Notes: generated by a model from the letters alone, not told the origin. A DNA stretch of 62,905 nucleotides, filler included, from Nitrospinae bacterium RIFCSPLOWO2_12_FULL_45_22 (GCA_001803565.1; 8 parts of 8 records of this genome joined end to end with filler, not necessarily neighbours in it), one strand, 5' to 3'. Shown: positions 1-9,443, numbered from the whole stretch's first letter. Program-made: numbers and translations.

Positions 1-409
1 TCTTCAAGGCATGGTCCAGCATAGTTTCTTCTGGATTAGCACACACGGCAATAAGGGCGGCTTTTTTACCTTTAAGGGGGGTATTAAACTGCAAGTCCAT
101 CATACAATAACACCGATCAATCCAGGTCTTCATCTGGGCGGTTACATCCCCCCAGTAGACCGGGCTAGCCAGGATAAAGGCATCAGCCCCTTTCATCTTC
201 TCTGTAAGTCCAATCATATCGTCTTTTATAGCGCAACTGCCTTGCTGCTTACAGGTCATACAAGCCTTACAAGGAGCGATATTAAACTCGCTCAGATTAA
301 TAAGCTCTACCTCTGCCCACTGGCTCTTAGCCCCTTCTGCCACCTTATCTGTCAGGACGAAAGAATTGCTATCTTTTCTTGGACTGCCTATAATACCTAA
401 TATTTTCAT
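1..409 (-). CDS. Iron-sulfur flavoprotein / NADPH-dependent FMN reductase family, runs off the window edge (absent from ORF track)
   Basis: Manual minus-strand translation from ATG 409: MKILGIIGSPRKDSNS...PCKACMTCKQQGSCAIKDD...ADAFILASPVYWGDVTAQMKTWIDR. Has the GSPR FMN loop, CxxCxxCx5C and SPVY motifs. Confidence 0.85.
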   Translation of the reverse strand, partial: MKILGIIGSPRKDSNSFVLTDKVAEGAKSQWAEVELINLSEFNIAPCKACMTCKQQGSCAIKDDMIGLTEKMKGADAFILASPVYWGDVTAQMKTWIDRCYCMMDLQFNTPLKGKKAALIAVCANPEETMLDHALK

Positions 410-460
410 CTTCAGCCCTCCCCTATCTAAATTATATTTAGGATGTAGATTTTATTTGCC

Positions 461-562
461 ACTTTAGCCAAAAACTCCTTCTATGTCAATATTCTTTTCT
501 TGAATTGTTACGGGACACAAAATATAAAGATAGTTGACAAGCTAAGACCCGCATGATATGTA
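461..562. promoter_or_regulatory. Divergent sigma70-type promoters for the flavoprotein gene and the cob operon
   Basis: Minus: TTGACA(489-484)-17-TAAAGT(466-461). Plus: TTGACA(534-539)-17-TATGTA(557-562) with an upstream TG. Confidence 0.5.
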
Positions 563-633
563 GATTTGCATATTTTGTCTTCTGGGTTTCCTGACCCAGC
601 AAAAAAAGGAAATTCCTATACGTTCGAGCTAAA

Positions 634-1734
634 ATGGAAAGCGGTAGCAGCTTTAAAGACGGTCATGGTGGGAATGTCTGGCGACTAGCCCGGGAATCCG
701 GAAACAGTTGGCAGACGGTGTTAGATTTTAGCGCTAATATTAATCCTTTAGGGTTTCCTGCCGGACTAAAAGAGACAATATTGAATTATCTCCCCACTAT
801 CACTCACTACCCCGACCCTGAATGTCAAGCCCTGAGGGAGAAATTGGCTCAGCTACACCGGATAGGGCTGGAGAATATTATTGTAGGGAACGGTTCTACT
901 GAATTACTCCATCTATTACCCAGGGCTTTAAAGCTGCAGCAGGGCCTGATAATAGAACCGGCTTTTAGCGAGTATGAAAAGGGTCTCAGGTACAACGGCA
1001 CGAGGCCCCATTTTTTAGAATTATCCGAGGCCGATGGATTTCAGTTAGACCTGGCCGAGTTTGAAGAGAAGCTCAATGGGATGGAAATAGTCTTCCTGGC
1101 TAACCCGTCTAACCCAACGGGTCAAGTATGGGAGCGGAGTGTGCTAGAAGATCTCCTGCTGTTATGCTACCATAATGGGGCTTTTCTCTTGGTAGATGAG
1201 GCATTTATAGATTTTCTGGATCAACCGGAAAGGGTCTCTTTAACCCCACTACTCAACCAATGGGATAATCTATTAGTTTTAAGGTCTTTTACCAAGTTTT
1301 ATGCTATTCCGGGCCTACGTTTAGGTTATCTGGTAGGCAACCGCAGGATTATAAGGCGCATGAGAGAGAGGCAGGAACCCTGGAGCGTTAATCTGCTTGC
1401 CCAGGTGGTAGGCCAGGAATTATTAGTAGATCAAGATGACTTTATCCAACGCTCCCGGATATTGATAAAAGAAGAGCGGGCTTTTTTAGCTGCCGAGCTG
1501 GGCCGCCTTGATAGCATCAAAATCTACCCTTCTCAGGCCAATTTCCTCCTCCTTCGCTTAACCCAGAACGACTTGAATGCAACTACTCTAGCCCAGGAGT
1601 TAGTCCAGCGCAAGCTCTTAATTAGGGACTGTAGCAATTTCAGGGGACTGAATAATTTTTATTTTCGTATTGCGGTGAGAACCAGGCCAGAAAATGAGGT
1701 ATTAATCGCTGCCCTAAAAGAAATTTTAACTTAA
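634..1734 (+). CDS. cobD: L-threonine-O-3-phosphate decarboxylase (cobalamin synthesis)
   Basis: HGGN and DFSANINPLG motifs, PLP lysine in RSFTKFYAIPGLRLGY; upstream of cobQ and cbiB. Confidence 0.92.
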   Translation: MESGSSFKDGHGGNVWRLARESGNSWQTVLDFSANINPLGFPAGLKETILNYLPTITHYPDPECQALREKLAQLHRIGLENIIVGNGSTELLHLLPRALKLQQGLIIEPAFSEYEKGLRYNGTRPHFLELSEADGFQLDLAEFEEKLNGMEIVFLANPSNPTGQVWERSVLEDLLLLCYHNGAFLLVDEAFIDFLDQPERVSLTPLLNQWDNLLVLRSFTKFYAIPGLRLGYLVGNRRIIRRMRERQEPWSVNLLAQVVGQELLVDQDDFIQRSRILIKEERAFLAAELGRLDSIKIYPSQANFLLLRLTQNDLNATTLAQELVQRKLLIRDCSNFRGLNNFYFRIAVRTRPENEVLIAALKEILT

Positions 1735-1753
1735 TACCATTTAGGAATTCACA

Positions 1754-1888
1754 TTCTGGATACAGATTATACTGCTTAGGGAATACAGGAGTCAGGATTC
1801 AGAAGTCAGTATGAACGGAACAATCAGTTTCTCTTCTGACTACTGAATTCTAGTTATCTGCGTGAATCTGCGGAAATCTGCGTCCTAA
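1754..1888. repeat. Nested short-period palindromic repeats inside the cob operon
   Basis: Heptamer run CAGGAGT-CAGGATT-CAGAAGT-CAGTATG mirrored by TTCTGAC-TACTGAA-TTCT; followed by ATCTGCG x3. Confidence 0.6.
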
Positions 1889-1905
1889 ACATAATTTAAT
1901 CGCAA

Positions 1906-3435
1906 ATGAAGCCCACAGCTAGAAGCATAATGATCCAGGGCACCGGCTCTTATGTAGGTAAGAGCATATTGGTGGCGGGCCTGTGCCGCATATTCTATCA
2001 AGCCGGGTACCGGGTAGCCCCTTTTAAGGCCCAAAATATGTCTTTAAATTCCTATGCTACCTTGGAAGGGGGTGAGATAGGCCGGGCCCAGGTGGTCCAG
2101 GCAGAGGCTGCTGGTTTAGAACCCTCTGTCCATATGAACCCTATCCTGTTAAAACCTACGGGCGATATCGGTTCTCAGGTAATAGTCCAGGGAAGACCTT
2201 TTAAGAACCTTACTGCCCAGGAATATTACCAGCATAAACAGACCCTTTTCCAGCGCGTAAAAGAATCGTATGACTACTTAGCTCAGCAGTTTGAGATAAT
2301 GGTTCTGGAAGGGGCTGGCAGCCCCGCGGAAATAAACCTAAAAGAAAATGATATTGTCAATATGGCTATGGCCCGATATGCCCAGGCACCGGTATTGTTG
2401 GTAACGGACATTGACCGGGGTGGGGCCTTCGCCGCTGTAATAGGGACCCTGGAAATATTGGATCAGGAAGAAAGGAACCTGGTAAGGGGTATAATCTTTA
2501 ATAAATTTCGGGGCGATGTCTCCCTGTTAAAACCGGGCATAGATTATCTGGAGAGCCGGACGGGTATACCCGTGTTAGGAATCATTCCCTATTTTAATAA
2601 TCTGCTTATTGACCAGGAAGATTCTGTCTGGATGGAAGAGTACACCCAGGGGAAAAAGGATAGCCAGATACCGATCGCCGTGATTCAGCTCCCCCGAATA
2701 TCCAATTTTACTGATTTCGATCCCTTGGCCCGCGAGCCCGATGTGTCCCTTTATTATGTGAGAGATTTGAGGCAACTGAAAAAACCCACTATTATTATTA
2801 TCCCCGGCAGTAAGAACACTATTGCAGACCTGTTATTTCTCAAGGAATCAGGCCTGGCAGAGGAGATCCGCAAGCAGGCCCACCAGGGCTGCTTAGTAAT
2901 AGGGATATGTGGTGGCTACCAGATGCTGGGCCAGATAGTTAGAGATGATAGTGGTGTAGAATCAGACCTGAAAGAAGTGACAGGCTTGGGTTTGCTTAAC
3001 ACCACCACAGTCCTGGAGCCAGAAAAGATCACCCATCAGGTAGGATTTCATTCTATCGTCCCAGCCCCTTATCTCCAGTCCCTAGAGCCAATGAAAGGGT
3101 ATGAAATCCATATGGGCATAACTCAAATCCTGGGCTCTGAGAAACCCCTGTTCCAGATAATCTCCCGCTCCAACCAGCCCGTAACTATATTTGATGGGGC
3201 TATTAATAATGCCCGCAATGTCTTTGGCACTTATATCCATGGTATATTTGATAATGCTGAGCTACGTACCAATCTCCTTAATCAGTTCAGGAAAGAAAAA
3301 ATAACACCACCTGGTGAGAAGGTGAAAATGGCCCAGGAGTTCAAGGAGCAACAATATAATCTTTTGGCTCAGCAATTGCTCCAGTACTTAGACTTAGAGA
3401 GGATTTACGCCTTAATTGGTCTACCCAAAATTTGA
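1906..3435 (+). CDS. cobQ: Cobyric acid synthase (CobQ/CbiP)
   Basis: IMIQGTGSYVGKS, PFKAQNMSLNS, EGAGSPAEINL, GICGGYQMLG and GTYIHGIFDN motifs. Confidence 0.97.
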   Translation: MKPTARSIMIQGTGSYVGKSILVAGLCRIFYQAGYRVAPFKAQNMSLNSYATLEGGEIGRAQVVQAEAAGLEPSVHMNPILLKPTGDIGSQVIVQGRPFKNLTAQEYYQHKQTLFQRVKESYDYLAQQFEIMVLEGAGSPAEINLKENDIVNMAMARYAQAPVLLVTDIDRGGAFAAVIGTLEILDQEERNLVRGIIFNKFRGDVSLLKPGIDYLESRTGIPVLGIIPYFNNLLIDQEDSVWMEEYTQGKKDSQIPIAVIQLPRISNFTDFDPLAREPDVSLYYVRDLRQLKKPTIIIIPGSKNTIADLLFLKESGLAEEIRKQAHQGCLVIGICGGYQMLGQIVRDDSGVESDLKEVTGLGLLNTTTVLEPEKITHQVGFHSIVPAPYLQSLEPMKGYEIHMGITQILGSEKPLFQIISRSNQPVTIFDGAINNARNVFGTYIHGIFDNAELRTNLLNQFRKEKITPPGEKVKMAQEFKEQQYNLLAQQLLQYLDLERIYALIGLPKI

Positions 3436-3488
3436 CCGAAATGATTGGTAGGGCAAGGCCCTGCGGCTACAAAGGATCTATACCTTAA

Positions 3489-4433
3489 TTGATCTACCCA
3501 AACCTTGCGCTGACCCTGGCTTATTTATTAGACTTGATCTTAGGGGACCCCCGGGGCTGGCCCCATCCGGTAAAGATAATGGGCCGCGGGATAGGCCGTG
3601 CAGAAAAGCTATTGTGGCACGGAGGGAAAGGGGATCGGTGGTGGGGTTTGGTGTTATGGCTGTTGATTGTTTTGCCAGCTTATTTTATACCCTGGTGGTT
3701 AATTCAAATGGTCTATAATTATTCTTCCCTGGGTGCTATAATGGTGTCCATCATCCTGATCTATTGGTGTCTGTCGGTTAAGGGTCTAGCCGTAGAAGCC
3801 GGGAGAGTGAGGCAGGCCCTGGAAGGGGGTGATTTGGAAAAGGCTAAAGGATACCTGGCTTTAATCGTGGGTCGCGATCCAAAACGATTGGAGCAGGAAG
3901 AGATAATCAGGGCTACGGTGGAGACCGTGGCAGAAAATATTACTGACGGCATTATTTCCCCCCTCTTCTATGCCTTCATAGGCGGAGCACCATTGGCTAT
4001 GGCTTATAAAGCGGTAAATACTCTGGATTCTATGGTGGGTTATAAAAACGAAAAATACCGGTACTTTGGCTATTTTTCAGCAAAGGCCGATGACATCTTT
4101 AATTATATCCCTGCCAGGCTCTCAGTCTTCTTTATCTACTTAGCCTGTCTGGTATTAAGAAAAAACCCTTTATCAGCCCTAATCACCGCCATACAAGATG
4201 GTAAGAAGCACCCCAGCCCTAATGCTGGTTTACCGGAAGCTGCAGTAGCTGGGGCATTGGGCTTACGGCTAGGGGGCCCCAATTTCTATCAGGGGATACT
4301 GGTAGAAAAGCCCTACCTGGGCCGGCACAATAATACCCCTACGGTCAATAATATTCGAGAAGTAATCAAAATAATGCATACTGCGGCACTGCTGGCTGTA
4401 ATAGCTGCCTGTTTGATTAATCTTTGGTTATGA
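3489..4433 (+). CDS. cbiB: Adenosylcobinamide-phosphate synthase
   Basis: LDLILGDP..PHPV, IVGRD, ETVAENITDG, YKAVNTLDSMVGYK and HPSPNAG motifs. Confidence 0.95.
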   Translation: MIYPNLALTLAYLLDLILGDPRGWPHPVKIMGRGIGRAEKLLWHGGKGDRWWGLVLWLLIVLPAYFIPWWLIQMVYNYSSLGAIMVSIILIYWCLSVKGLAVEAGRVRQALEGGDLEKAKGYLALIVGRDPKRLEQEEIIRATVETVAENITDGIISPLFYAFIGGAPLAMAYKAVNTLDSMVGYKNEKYRYFGYFSAKADDIFNYIPARLSVFFIYLACLVLRKNPLSALITAIQDGKKHPSPNAGLPEAAVAGALGLRLGGPNFYQGILVEKPYLGRHNNTPTVNNIREVIKIMHTAALLAVIAACLINLWL

Positions 4434-4696
4434 AATATATTCAGATAGACCCACATACTAAAGAGAGGATGAAAAAACGCGGGGCCAACGAAGAGGAAGT
4501 TATAGACGCCATAAACAGCGGCATGGAATTCTAAGCTCGATATGGAAGAAAGGGCAAGTTTAAGGTTTATTCGTATCAAAAGTTGTGAGAAGGAAAGTAT
4601 TATCAAGAGAAAAAGGTGGAAGTTATCTATTATGAAGAAATAGATAAAGTAGTAACAGTGACGGTTTATGTCTACTATGGAAGGTGGTCGGAATGA
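4430..4696 (+). pseudogene. DUF4258-like (RelE-fold) toxin with two in-frame stops
   Basis: MKYIQIDPHTKERMKKRGANEEEVIDAINSGMEF*ARYGRKGKFKVYSYQKL*EGKYYQEKKVEVIY...VVTVTVYVYYGRWSE. TAA at 4532, TGA at 4586; ATGA overlaps with both neighbours. Confidence 0.8.
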
Positions 4697-4896
4697 AAGT
4701 TTATTACCATCAGAAACATGATTTACTTTATATTACTCTAAAAGAAGCTAATAAAGTCCGAAACGAACGGTTCAAAGAAGATATAGTATTTGATATTGAT
4801 AAAGATGATAAGATAGTAGGGATAGAGATCCTGGGGGCTTCAACCTATTTCGATGTCAAAAATATTTTTACTGTGACTATAGAACAAGAAAATTAG
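4693..4896 (+). CDS. DUF2283-like antitoxin
   Basis: MKVYYHQKHDLLYI...IVFDIDKDDKIVGIEILGAS; coupled to the DUF4258 pseudogene. Confidence 0.8.
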   Translation: MKVYYHQKHDLLYITLKEANKVRNERFKEDIVFDIDKDDKIVGIEILGASTYFDVKNIFTVTIEQEN

Positions 4897-4956
4897 AACC
4901 CGTTTATAGAATTTACTTTCTACCAGTAAACATTAACTAAAGAAGGAGGGGTGGCC

Positions 4957-7005
4957 ATGAGATTCCAGAAGCTATTTGAGCCTGGCAAGATTGGTACCAT
5001 GGAAGTAAAAAACCGTATATTGCTCCCAGCTCTAGGACTAAATTTCTGTACGGATAAGACGGTAAATGAGCGCTGGCTGAACTTTTATGAAGAACGTGCC
5101 CGGGGTGGTGTTGGGTTGATGATTGTCTCAGCGGGTATTGAATACACTGGCGAAAAGGGCTACGAGCTGCTGAATACGAGCGATAAGATGGGTTATATCC
5201 CCAGCCTGGGCCATGATAAGTATCTACCAGGCTGGCAAAAGCTGGTAGACGCTTCGCATAAACACGGGGCCAAGATAGGCGTTCAGATCGCTCACCTGGG
5301 CAAGTATGCCCACTCCAGCGTGTTGGGTGGTGAGCAACCAGTCTCTCCTTCAGCTATCCAGGCCAATATGACCGTGTGCGGCTTAGCCGGTGAGATGCCC
5401 CGGGAGCTTACTATTCCAGAAATGAAACTCATCCAGCGAAACATTGCCAATACGGTTAAACGGGCCAGGGAGGCCGGTATAGATATAGTCGAGCTAAATG
5501 TTTGCTCGGGCTATCTCATGCGGGAATTCCTTTCTCCTATCACCAATAAGCGGACAGATGAGTATGGTGGCAGCGTAGAGAACCGGATGCGCTTCCTCTT
5601 GGAACTCATTAGCAAGATCCAGGAGACCGTGGGAAAAGGTTATCCCCTGATGGTCAGGCTCTCGGCCAATGAGTTTCTACCTGGGGGCCATACCCTTAAT
5701 GAGACTACCATAGTGGCTCAGGCATTAGAAAAAGCTGGACTCCATGCCATTAGTGTGGTAGGTGGCGGTCATGAGACCATGGTTCCTTTATCGCCTATGG
5801 CAGTCCCCCGGGGCGCCTTCGTTTATCTGGCTCAGGGGATCAAGAATGTAGTGAGTATCCCGGTTGTTGCCTCAGCCCGGATCAATAACCCCATAATGGC
5901 TGATAATATCTTGCGGGACGGCCAGGCTGATTTTGTGGCTATTGCCCGCTCGATCATGGCGGACCCGGACTTTCCTAACAAGGCCAGAGATGGGAGGCTG
6001 GATGAGATCCGCCCTTGCATCGCCTGCAACCAGGGCTGCTTTGACTTAGTCTTCGAATGGGTACCAGTAACTTGTATGATGAACCCCCGGGTAGGCTGGG
6101 AGAAAGAACGTCAAGTAACTCCGGCCAGTAAAAAGAAAAAAGTTATGGTGATCGGGGGTGGACCGGCCGGTATGGAGACTGCCCAGGTGTTGGCCCTGCG
6201 AGGACATACGGTATCATTATACGAAAAAGGAGATCGGCTAGGGGGTCAGGTTAATCTCTCTGCTGTACCGCCTGGCAGGGAAGAGTTTGCTAATATACCG
6301 GTATATTTCGGTCATCAACTAAACAAACTGGGAGTTAAGGTAAACCTGGGCCGGGAAGTTAATGCTGAGCTGATTAACCAGGAAAAACCCGATGCCGTTG
6401 TAGTGGCTACGGGTGCTGCACCATTAGTCCCTGATATCCCCGGTATAAAAAGGGATAATGTTATTACTGCCTGGGATGCCTTACAGGATAAAGAGCCGAT
6501 TGGTAGGCGGGTAGTGGTGCTGGGTGGTGGTTCTGTGGGTTGTGAAACCGCCATATATCTGGCTAAGAAAGGCGCTATAGATGCTGAAACCTTTATCTTT
6601 TTAACCTCTTATGCCGCCTGTGATCCACAAACGGCCTTTGGTTTGACCATGAAGGGAAATAAGGATGTTACTATTATAGAGATGCTGCCCCGGATCGGTC
6701 AGGATTTCGGCAAAGGGAACCGGTGGGTATTTGTGGGTGATATAAAGCGGCTGGGTATCAAGGTTATAACTAAGGCTGAAGTCACAGCAATAACCGACGA
6801 AGGGGTAAAGATAAAGGTGGGTGAGCAGGAACAAGTCATCCCTGCCGATACGGTAGTATTAGCCGTGGGCTCTCAACCAAATAACCGCCTCTATGAGAAG
6901 ATAAAAGATAAGGTAGCGGAGGTTCATCTGATCGGTGATGCCCAGAAGCCCCGAAAGACCCTGGATGCTATCCATGAAGGGTTTGAGGTGGCCTGCCGTA
7001 TCTAG
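4957..7005 (+). CDS. NADH:flavin oxidoreductase (OYE barrel + 4Fe-4S + FAD domain; FadH/BaiH-like)
   Basis: FLSPITNKRTDEYGGS, CIACNQGC..C, two GxGxxG motifs; AGGAGG 7 nt before ATG 4957. Confidence 0.9.
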   Translation: MRFQKLFEPGKIGTMEVKNRILLPALGLNFCTDKTVNERWLNFYEERARGGVGLMIVSAGIEYTGEKGYELLNTSDKMGYIPSLGHDKYLPGWQKLVDASHKHGAKIGVQIAHLGKYAHSSVLGGEQPVSPSAIQANMTVCGLAGEMPRELTIPEMKLIQRNIANTVKRAREAGIDIVELNVCSGYLMREFLSPITNKRTDEYGGSVENRMRFLLELISKIQETVGKGYPLMVRLSANEFLPGGHTLNETTIVAQALEKAGLHAISVVGGGHETMVPLSPMAVPRGAFVYLAQGIKNVVSIPVVASARINNPIMADNILRDGQADFVAIARSIMADPDFPNKARDGRLDEIRPCIACNQGCFDLVFEWVPVTCMMNPRVGWEKERQVTPASKKKKVMVIGGGPAGMETAQVLALRGHTVSLYEKGDRLGGQVNLSAVPPGREEFANIPVYFGHQLNKLGVKVNLGREVNAELINQEKPDAVVVATGAAPLVPDIPGIKRDNVITAWDALQDKEPIGRRVVVLGGGSVGCETAIYLAKKGAIDAETFIFLTSYAACDPQTAFGLTMKGNKDVTIIEMLPRIGQDFGKGNRWVFVGDIKRLGIKVITKAEVTAITDEGVKIKVGEQEQVIPADTVVLAVGSQPNNRLYEKIKDKVAEVHLIGDAQKPRKTLDAIHEGFEVACRI

Positions 7006-7007
7006 AC

Positions 7008-7901
7008 TTAAAAATTATCGGCCATACTCCTGGCTACTTCCAGGAATGTCAGAGCTGCTTTACATAATCGTTTATCTTTGTGAGAGACAATAGATAGAGG
7101 ACGTTGAAAGGAGATATCTTTCACCTTTACTATAACCAGGCGCTGATCAGCGATTTCATTTAAGACCGAATATATGGAGACAAAGGATAGCCCTAGCCCG
7201 GCTGCTACAGCCTGCTTGACTGCTTCTGGGCTGCCTAGCTCCATAGCTATTTTAATTTTAAAGCCCTGTTTCTCTAGGGCTCTCTGAATCACCTCGCGGG
7301 TAGCAGACCCCTTTTCCCGCAGGATAAAGCTCTGGCCTTCTAGTTCTTTTAAACTAGTAGCCTTCCCCTTTATTTGCCGAGGGCCTTTTCTGGCTGAGAT
7401 CAATACCAGCTTATCCATTAGATAAGGCTCGCTCTTGATCTCATCTGCGATTATCTGCCCACCGATAAAACCCAGCTCGAGCTCATTGCGTAAAATCCTA
7501 TTCTGGATTTCTCTGCTGTTAGCTATTTCTAGGGCAACATCTATTTGGGGATAGCGGGCTTTAAATTCTCCTAAAATCCTGGGTAACAGATAGGTACCCG
7601 GGGTAGTGCTGGCACCAATATGGATAGCACCCCGCTCTAATCCTTTTAACTCATCAAGGGCTTGCTGGGATTCATCTATCAGGGCAAATATCTTTCGGGC
7701 ATATTGTTCCAGGAGCTGCCCGGCCTCGGTAAGGAAGATCCGTTTACCCATCTGTTCTACTAGTTTGCAGCCTAAAGTCCCTTCCAGTTGATGCAATTGT
7801 ACTGAGACAGAAGACTGGCTCAGATGGAGCTCTTGGGCCGCCCGAGTAAAGCTCCTTAGCCGGGCAAGAGTAAAGAATATCTTAAGCTGGTGCAAAGTCA
7901 T
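7008..7901 (-). CDS. LysR-family regulator (CysL/CbbR-like)
   Basis: N-terminal HTH SFTRAAQELHLSQSSVS; GASTTPG and REKGSATR motifs. Confidence 0.92.
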   Translation of the reverse strand: MTLHQLKIFFTLARLRSFTRAAQELHLSQSSVSVQLHQLEGTLGCKLVEQMGKRIFLTEAGQLLEQYARKIFALIDESQQALDELKGLERGAIHIGASTTPGTYLLPRILGEFKARYPQIDVALEIANSREIQNRILRNELELGFIGGQIIADEIKSEPYLMDKLVLISARKGPRQIKGKATSLKELEGQSFILREKGSATREVIQRALEKQGFKIKIAMELGSPEAVKQAVAAGLGLSFVSIYSVLNEIADQRLVIVKVKDISFQRPLSIVSHKDKRLCKAALTFLEVARSMADNF

Positions 7902-8019
7902 ACTGGCCTCAATAGCATCTTTATCCTATGAAAAATAAGCGGTTACTCTGTTTGGTACAAGCCTACCTGGTTCTAGAATGGAAGTTTATTATAAGTAGTA
8001 TATATTATTCAAGAAAAAA

Positions 8020-8093
8020 TCCTGGCATGGAAAGAGAGCCAGAAAAAGATAACCCTGGCCCTGTGGTCTAAGAACCTCTTTCCCATGCCAGGA
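8020..8093. repeat. Intergenic inverted repeat / stem-loop
   Basis: TCCTGGCATGG-AAAGAG (8020-8036) pairs with CTCTTT-C-CCATGCCAGGA (8076-8093); inner GCCAG/CTGGC stem. Confidence 0.6.
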
Positions 8094-8110
8094 GCAAATA
8101 TCAAATATCG

Positions 8111-8170
8111 TTGACATAAATAATCTTCACAGGTATTATATTATCGGTTACGGATAACGAATATCGATAG
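8111..8170 (+). promoter_or_regulatory. padR promoter with possible autoregulatory operator
   Basis: TTGACA(8111)-17-TATTAT(8134), followed by TATCG/CGATA-type half-sites. Confidence 0.5.
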
Positions 8171-8177
8171 CAAGGAG

Positions 8178-8495
8178 ATGGCTATTATGAAGGATAAAGA
8201 CCTCTATTCTGGGTTCATACGACTCCATATCCTTTATCATGCCTCTAAGGGGACAATTTTTGGTTTGGGTTTGATAGAGGAATTGGGACGACACGGTTAT
8301 AGGATCAGCCCGGGAACTCTTTACCCCATCCTTCACAGCCTGGAAAATAGAGGTTATCTTCGATCTGCAGGGGAACAAATTGGGGGGCGAATCAGGCGAG
8401 TTTATAAGATAACATATGAGGGCCGCCGGGCGTTAAATGCGGCTAAGGATAAGGTTAGAGAACTCTTTGGTGAGCTTTTTGAAGATGGGTCATGA
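8178..8495 (+). CDS. PadR-family transcriptional regulator
   Basis: GFIRLHILYHA, ISPGTLYPILHSLE, RRVYKIT. Confidence 0.9.
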   Translation: MAIMKDKDLYSGFIRLHILYHASKGTIFGLGLIEELGRHGYRISPGTLYPILHSLENRGYLRSAGEQIGGRIRRVYKITYEGRRALNAAKDKVRELFGELFEDGS

Positions 8496-8863
8496 GGGAT
8501 AAACTTATCAGTCAGGATGTCCAAGCTTATGGGGTATGTAATACGTGTACTATTATGCTAGTACGATTGGCCTATGAGAGGGCCTGGTGGTTCCGCCTGA
8601 TCCGAGAACCCTTGCGCCTGGGAATGATATTGTTAGGGTGGTTGCACCGGATTAATCCCAAGGATTATCAGGTACGGACATTGGATTGTCATGGATGTAT
8701 CCGCTTTACCAAGACTGCTCTGAAGGAAAAGTCGGATTTATTTTGCTGGCTGAATGATCGCGTGAATCCAGTCTTTAACCTAATCCTGGAGACCCTGGTG
8801 ACCCAAGAAGAAATTCAGGAGGCAAAGCGTTATGCCCGGGAGGCTACACATGCAAGGAAATAA
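8492..8863 (+). CDS. Hypothetical protein with two CxxC motifs
   Basis: VCNTC and DCHGC; ATGA-coupled to padR. Confidence 0.65.
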   Translation: MRDKLISQDVQAYGVCNTCTIMLVRLAYERAWWFRLIREPLRLGMILLGWLHRINPKDYQVRTLDCHGCIRFTKTALKEKSDLFCWLNDRVNPVFNLILETLVTQEEIQEAKRYAREATHARK

Positions 8864-8866
8864 ATA

Positions 8867-8930
8867 ATGGAATATTTTATAGTCTGTTTGGCAGCGTTAA
8901 TAGTTGCAGGGCTTACCCTTTTTTCTGGGT
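8867..8930 (+). CDS. 5' fragment of a TSUP (TauE/SafE-like) permease, cut by the contig end
   Basis: MEYFIVCLAALIVAGLTLFSG resembles the TSUP N-terminus. Confidence 0.55.
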
Positions 8931-9030
8931 NNNNNNNNNNNNNNNNNNNNNNNNNNNNNNNNNNNNNNNNNNNNTTAATTAATTAANNNNNNNNNNNNNN
9001 NNNNNNNNNNNNNNNNNNNNNNNNNNNNNN
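8931..9030. other. Artificial contig linker
   Basis: N44-TTAATTAATTAA-N44, with stops in all six frames. Confidence 0.98.
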
Positions 9031-9032
9031 AA

Positions 9033-9443
9033 GGCTTTTTCCCCTCCATCGGTACTGCTATAGATGCCTTCTCTACCCGGGCCCCGGTAGAAAAGGCATC
9101 CCTATTGGTTATGCTCTTACAAGTCCAATGGGCGGAAGGGCTGACGCGGGAGGGGTTGCGTGAGATATTCAAAAAGGCTGCGGCTAGCCCCAGATGGCAA
9201 GGTATAGTGAATTATGATGCCGATCATGATGGCTCCAAGGTTTACCAGAAAAGCCCTGCTGCAGCGGATATTTTTGGCCGACTGATTAATGTGTGGCCTA
9301 ATCCATGGCTGACCGAGAAACAGAACGGGAAAAAGAACAGCTCAGGCATCTCTACCCTCATTATTCCGGCTGCTTATGCCAATGTCTATGGCTATGGCTG
9401 TCAGGCCAAACGCCTCATGCAATATATGGGTCATTCTCTATAA
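9033..9443 (+). CDS. Hypothetical protein, 5'-truncated
   Basis: Frame open from the contig start to TAA 9443; no recognisable motif. Confidence 0.45.
   Translation, partial: GFFPSIGTAIDAFSTRAPVEKASLLVMLLQVQWAEGLTREGLREIFKKAAASPRWQGIVNYDADHDGSKVYQKSPAAADIFGRLINVWPNPWLTEKQNGKKNSSGISTLIIPAAYANVYGYGCQAKRLMQYMGHSL

Noticed and set aside
11-400. 129-aa plus-strand ORF
   Set aside because: It is the antisense shadow of the iron-sulfur flavoprotein gene on the minus strand.
410-633. Cobalamin riboswitch upstream of cobD
   Set aside because: No B12-box or conserved core is visible; the space is explained by divergent promoters.
4430-4696. Stop-codon recoding or selenocysteine
   Set aside because: The stops are of two types (TAA and TGA), and intact genes in the window terminate at all three stop codons; pseudogenisation is simpler.
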